A DNA stretch of 62,239 nt, the filler included, from a bacterium (GTDB lineage: Bacteria; JBDRGX01): NCBI GenBank assembly GCA_043817485.1. It is 7 parts of 7 records of this genome, joined end to end, with 100 filler letters (N's around TTAATTAATTAA, not from the genome) between each part and the next. Parts side by side here need not be neighbours in the genome. Positions count along the whole stretch, not along the records: positions 49,413 to 62,239 come from JBDRGX010000039.1; 6 more parts are not named here. One strand, given 5' to 3'. Below, piece by piece: positions 58,856 through 62,239 of this stretch. The translations under genes were made by a program, and so were the position numbers. Each line of letters begins with the position of its first letter. The stretch's first letter is position 1. A model generated the notes under the pieces. The model saw only the letters and a program-made list of their open reading frames with translations. It did no database searches and was not told the DNA's origin.

Positions 58856-59775
58856 AACCATTCAATAGTTCTTTTCAACCCTTCTTCAAATGATACTTTG
58901 GGAAAATAATTTAATAATTTATTAGATTTGCTAATATCTGATAAAGAATGTTTTATATCCCCAATTCTTTGTGAAGCATAAATTGGTTTAATATTTAATC
59001 CCATGATTTTATTCATTATTTCTACCATTTGATTTAAGTTTATACTTTTTCCACAAGCAATATTTACTACTTCACCTTTTGTTTCTTCACATTTAGCTGC
59101 TAATAAATTAGCTTCTACAATATCATCTACATAAGTAAAATCTCTACTTTGAAAACCATCTCCAAAAATAGTTGGAATTTTTTCATTTAAAAATAAATAA
59201 ATAAATCTCGAAATTACTCCAGAATATTCTGAATCAGCACTTTGATTAGGCCCAAATACATTAAAATACCTAAGACTAATAGTATCTACCCCAAATATTT
59301 TTGCAAAAACATAACAATATTCTTCTCCTGCTTTTTTAGTAACACCATAGGGAGAAATAGGCCAACAAAGCATATCTTCAGTTTTAGGACATTTAGGATC
59401 ATCTCCATACACAGCAGAAGATGAAGTAAAAATAAATTTTTTTACTTTTTGTTCTGATGCACATTTTAATAAATTTAAAGTACCATTTACATTTACTTGA
59501 TTAGAACCAATAGGATCTTCAATTGATTTTGTAACAAAAGGTAAAGCTGCTAAATGAAAAATATAATCACATTCTTTTACACTTTTTTTTACATCATCAT
59601 AATTACAAATATCGCCTTTAATAAATTCTATTTTATTTTGAACTTCTTTTAAATTGTCAATTTTTCCAGTAGATAAATTATCTAAAACTACGATTTTCAT
59701 ACCTTCCTTAACTAATCTTGAAACTAAATTTGAACCAATAAATCCAGCTCCTCCAGTAATTAAACATTTTATCAT
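58843..59775 (-). CDS. NAD-dependent UDP-sugar 4-epimerase (WbpP/GalE-like SDR)
   Basis: TGGAGFIGS, HLAA, SSSAVYG, SPY...K, LRYFNVFGP, GDG.QSRDFTYV. Confidence 0.9.
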   Translation of the reverse strand: MIKCLITGGAGFIGSNLVSRLVKEGMKIVVLDNLSTGKIDNLKEVQNKIEFIKGDICNYDDVKKSVKECDYIFHLAALPFVTKSIEDPIGSNQVNVNGTLNLLKCASEQKVKKFIFTSSSAVYGDDPKCPKTEDMLCWPISPYGVTKKAGEEYCYVFAKIFGVDTISLRYFNVFGPNQSADSEYSGVISRFIYLFLNEKIPTIFGDGFQSRDFTYVDDIVEANLLAAKCEETKGEVVNIACGKSINLNQMVEIMNKIMGLNIKPIYASQRIGDIKHSLSDISKSNKLLNYFPKVSFEEGLKRTIEWFKLS

Positions 59776-62135
59776 TTTTTGCTTCCTTTTTCATAATAAT
59801 CATCATAATATTTATAGTTATATGGATGTTGCATTTTCATATTTATATTATTTAAAACTACACCAATAATATTAGAATTAACTTTTTTCATTATCTCTAC
59901 AGTATGTGAACAAAGATTTTTATTTGTTTTTCCAGAAGAAACAACTAATAAACACGCAGTTGCTTTAGTCCCTAAAATAGCTGCATCTGCTATTATTACA
60001 GGAGGTGAATCAACTAATATATTAGTAAAATCATTTTTAACTTCACAAAACAATTCATCTAATCTATTAGAATTTAAAAGCACAGAAGGATTAGGAGGAA
60101 TAGTTCCAGAGGGAATTATATATAGATTTTTCATGAAAGTAGGTTGTATTATTTGATTTGCTTTTATTTCATTATTTATAATAAAATCAGTTAATCCTAA
60201 TTTTTTTTCTAATTCAAATACCTTATGAATAGTTGGTTTTCTTAAATCTCCATCAATAAGTAAAATTTTATCTCCTAATTCTGCCATAGTAATAGCTAAA
60301 TTAATAACAGTAGTTGTTTTTCCATCTCCTGAAGATGGACTTGTAATAAGAATTATTTTATTTTTATTTATATTAGTAAATTGCATATTTATTTTTAAAG
60401 ATTTATAAGATTCTGATACTATTGAGTTAGAAGCAAAATAAGAAACTAATTGTTCTTTTATTTCCATTACAATATTCTTATCTTTTTGTTTTTTTAAGGA
60501 TTTTAATTTTTTAATTTCAATTTTAGGAATATATCCTATAATTGGCAATTTTAAATATCTTTCTACATCATAAGTAGATTCTATTGTTTGATTAAAATTT
60601 TGAAGAAATAACAAAACTATTATTCCTATTAAAATTCCTAATGAAATACTTGCAATAATATTTTTAACAATATCTGGACTTATGGGCTTACAAGGCAAAA
60701 TAGCATATTGAACAATTGAAATATCACCTAATTCTATATTTTCAGCAAGTCTTGCATTTTCATATTTAGTTAAAAGCATAACATAAATTTGTTCATTTGT
60801 TGTACAACTACGAATTAATTTTCCTAATTCAAATTCATTTTCAGAAAGATTATGAATTTCTTTTTCTGTTTTTTTGATAAAATCATCTAATGCTTTTGCT
60901 TTAGATTGAAAAATAATTTTATCAGATTCTAAATTTGAAAGTTCATTTATAAGATTTATATTGTTATATGAAATAGTTTCTGAATTCTCATTTTTAACTA
61001 ATTTTTTTACTTCTTCATTTATTTTTTGTTTTATGGAAAATATTTGATTATCTATATTTTTTATTTTTTGATGTGATACAGTAAAAGTTTCAAGTAATTT
61101 AATTCGTTCTATTTCTAATTCAATTAATTTGTTTTTATATTCATTTATTAAAGAAATATCAAATGAAATTATTTTGTTTTGCAAAGAAGAAAATGAATCT
61201 TTTATTAACGAAATTCGCTTTTCTAATTCTTGTATTTGCATCTCAAGTTTAAATTTATCTGTTTCAAAATTACTTATTTTTGAAATAATCTTATTAAATT
61301 CTGCATCTATGGGGAAAAAAATTTCTTTTGTTTGTTTAAAAGATTTTAAATCTTTTTCTGTTTTTTCTAAATTATCTTTTACAAAAACTAATTGTTCAGC
61401 TAAAAATTTTCTGGTACTTCGAGCTTCTGTTTTTTTATACTGATTATTTTCTTCTATAAAAATTTGTGCATAAGTATCCGCCACATTTTTTATTTTATAT
61501 GGATTATCTCCTTTAGATTCAATAATTACAATATTAGTTTCTATAAGAGAATAAATTGAAATATTATTAAATATTTGCAATACTAATGTAGAATAATTTA
61601 ATAAATCTTTTTTTTCTAAAAACAAAGAAATTGTTGATGATTCATAAATATCGCTTAAAAATTCATTTTTATTTAATAATTTATCTACATTGTTTTTAAT
61701 TCCATATTTTATATTTTTTTTAAATGGTAATTTTTCTATAAATTGATAAAAATTATTTTTGTCTTTTTCTATATCTTTAAAAATTATTTTTTTTTCTTTA
61801 ATTGTTTTTTTAATTACATCTTGAGCAATTAAATTTTGAACAACTTTTTCTGCAAAAGAATAATTTTTCATTATTTCTATTTCTGTTTCAAGTGTTTTTT
61901 TCTTGCCTAAAAACATCATAGTCGGAGCATTTGTAGTTAAAGATATTAAACGATTATAATTATCTTCTTCTATTCTAACTTTAGTACAAGTTTTATATAT
62001 TGGAGTTTGTAAAATACTATAAAAAAAAGTAGATAGAACAATTACTGCAAATATTAAAATGAATATTTTTATATTTTTATTAAAAATATAAAAATATTCA
62101 TAAATATCAAATTCATTTTGTTTTTTTTTATTCAA
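59772..62135 (-). CDS. wzc: Polysaccharide co-polymerase/BY tyrosine kinase (Wzc/GumC)
   Basis: Two TMs flanking a coiled coil; ESYK.L; Walker A SPSSGDGKTT; IDGDLRKP; VDSPP; C-terminal YNYKYYDDYY cluster. Confidence 0.9.
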   Translation of the reverse strand: MNKKKQNEFDIYEYFYIFNKNIKIFILIFAVIVLSTFFYSILQTPIYKTCTKVRIEEDNYNRLISLTTNAPTMMFLGKKKTLETEIEIMKNYSFAEKVVQNLIAQDVIKKTIKEKKIIFKDIEKDKNNFYQFIEKLPFKKNIKYGIKNNVDKLLNKNEFLSDIYESSTISLFLEKKDLLNYSTLVLQIFNNISIYSLIETNIVIIESKGDNPYKIKNVADTYAQIFIEENNQYKKTEARSTRKFLAEQLVFVKDNLEKTEKDLKSFKQTKEIFFPIDAEFNKIISKISNFETDKFKLEMQIQELEKRISLIKDSFSSLQNKIISFDISLINEYKNKLIELEIERIKLLETFTVSHQKIKNIDNQIFSIKQKINEEVKKLVKNENSETISYNNINLINELSNLESDKIIFQSKAKALDDFIKKTEKEIHNLSENEFELGKLIRSCTTNEQIYVMLLTKYENARLAENIELGDISIVQYAILPCKPISPDIVKNIIASISLGILIGIIVLLFLQNFNQTIESTYDVERYLKLPIIGYIPKIEIKKLKSLKKQKDKNIVMEIKEQLVSYFASNSIVSESYKSLKINMQFTNINKNKIILITSPSSGDGKTTTVINLAITMAELGDKILLIDGDLRKPTIHKVFELEKKLGLTDFIINNEIKANQIIQPTFMKNLYIIPSGTIPPNPSVLLNSNRLDELFCEVKNDFTNILVDSPPVIIADAAILGTKATACLLVVSSGKTNKNLCSHTVEIMKKVNSNIIGVVLNNINMKMQHPYNYKYYDDYYEKGSKK

Positions 62136-62239
62136 AAGATAAATCCTTCAAAAATAAAGTTATATAGAATCCCATAAAACCTATATCTTGTCAAATCAAA
62201 AGATTTCATTTCTGTTATGGGATAATTTTAAAAATTATA

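Noticed and set aside
904-61443. Short antisense or overlapping ORFs in the track (e.g. 6566, 13155, 30943, 36809, 40332, 49779, 58048, 61129)
   Set aside because: They are shadow ORFs of well-supported genes with no motifs or RBS

Overview
The window is a very AT-rich bacterial draft assembly, probably a MAG or SAG of an anaerobe (class III RNR, Fe-S flavoproteins). It consists of 7 contigs joined by artificial N-TTAATTAATTAA-N linkers, so gene order across linkers means nothing. Most genes are housekeeping: tyrA-ispD-coaE, ffh-rpsP-khpA-trmD, lysS, tig, xerD, PDH E1b/E2, lepB, dapF/dapA, nrdD, HU, nadB, rho, priA, mreBCD, rmlB/C, leuD, nnr, der, era, and a wzc/epimerase/WecA cluster. There are three tRNAs (Leu-TAG, Phe-GAA, Arg-TCG) and two small proteins missed by the ORF track (bS22-like; a 56-aa two-TM protein). 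Most notable observations: (1) an archaeal-type AroA'/AroB' shikimate entry pair co-oriented with two ferredoxin+FMN glutamate-synthase-like genes that lack a glutaminase partner; (2) a nucleotidyltransferase-galactokinase fusion upstream of an orphan V-ATPase K subunit, a GT-C-like membrane protein and a PorU/gingipain-like C25 protein; (3) a MITE family whose shared terminal inverted repeats enclose different or nested payloads; (4) an IS1182-like MITE carrying tandem NrdR-box-like motifs, apparently inserted in a REP palindrome; (5) priA broken by one in-frame TAA. No CRISPR array or transposase is supported. All product calls rest on motif recognition; no database search was run.
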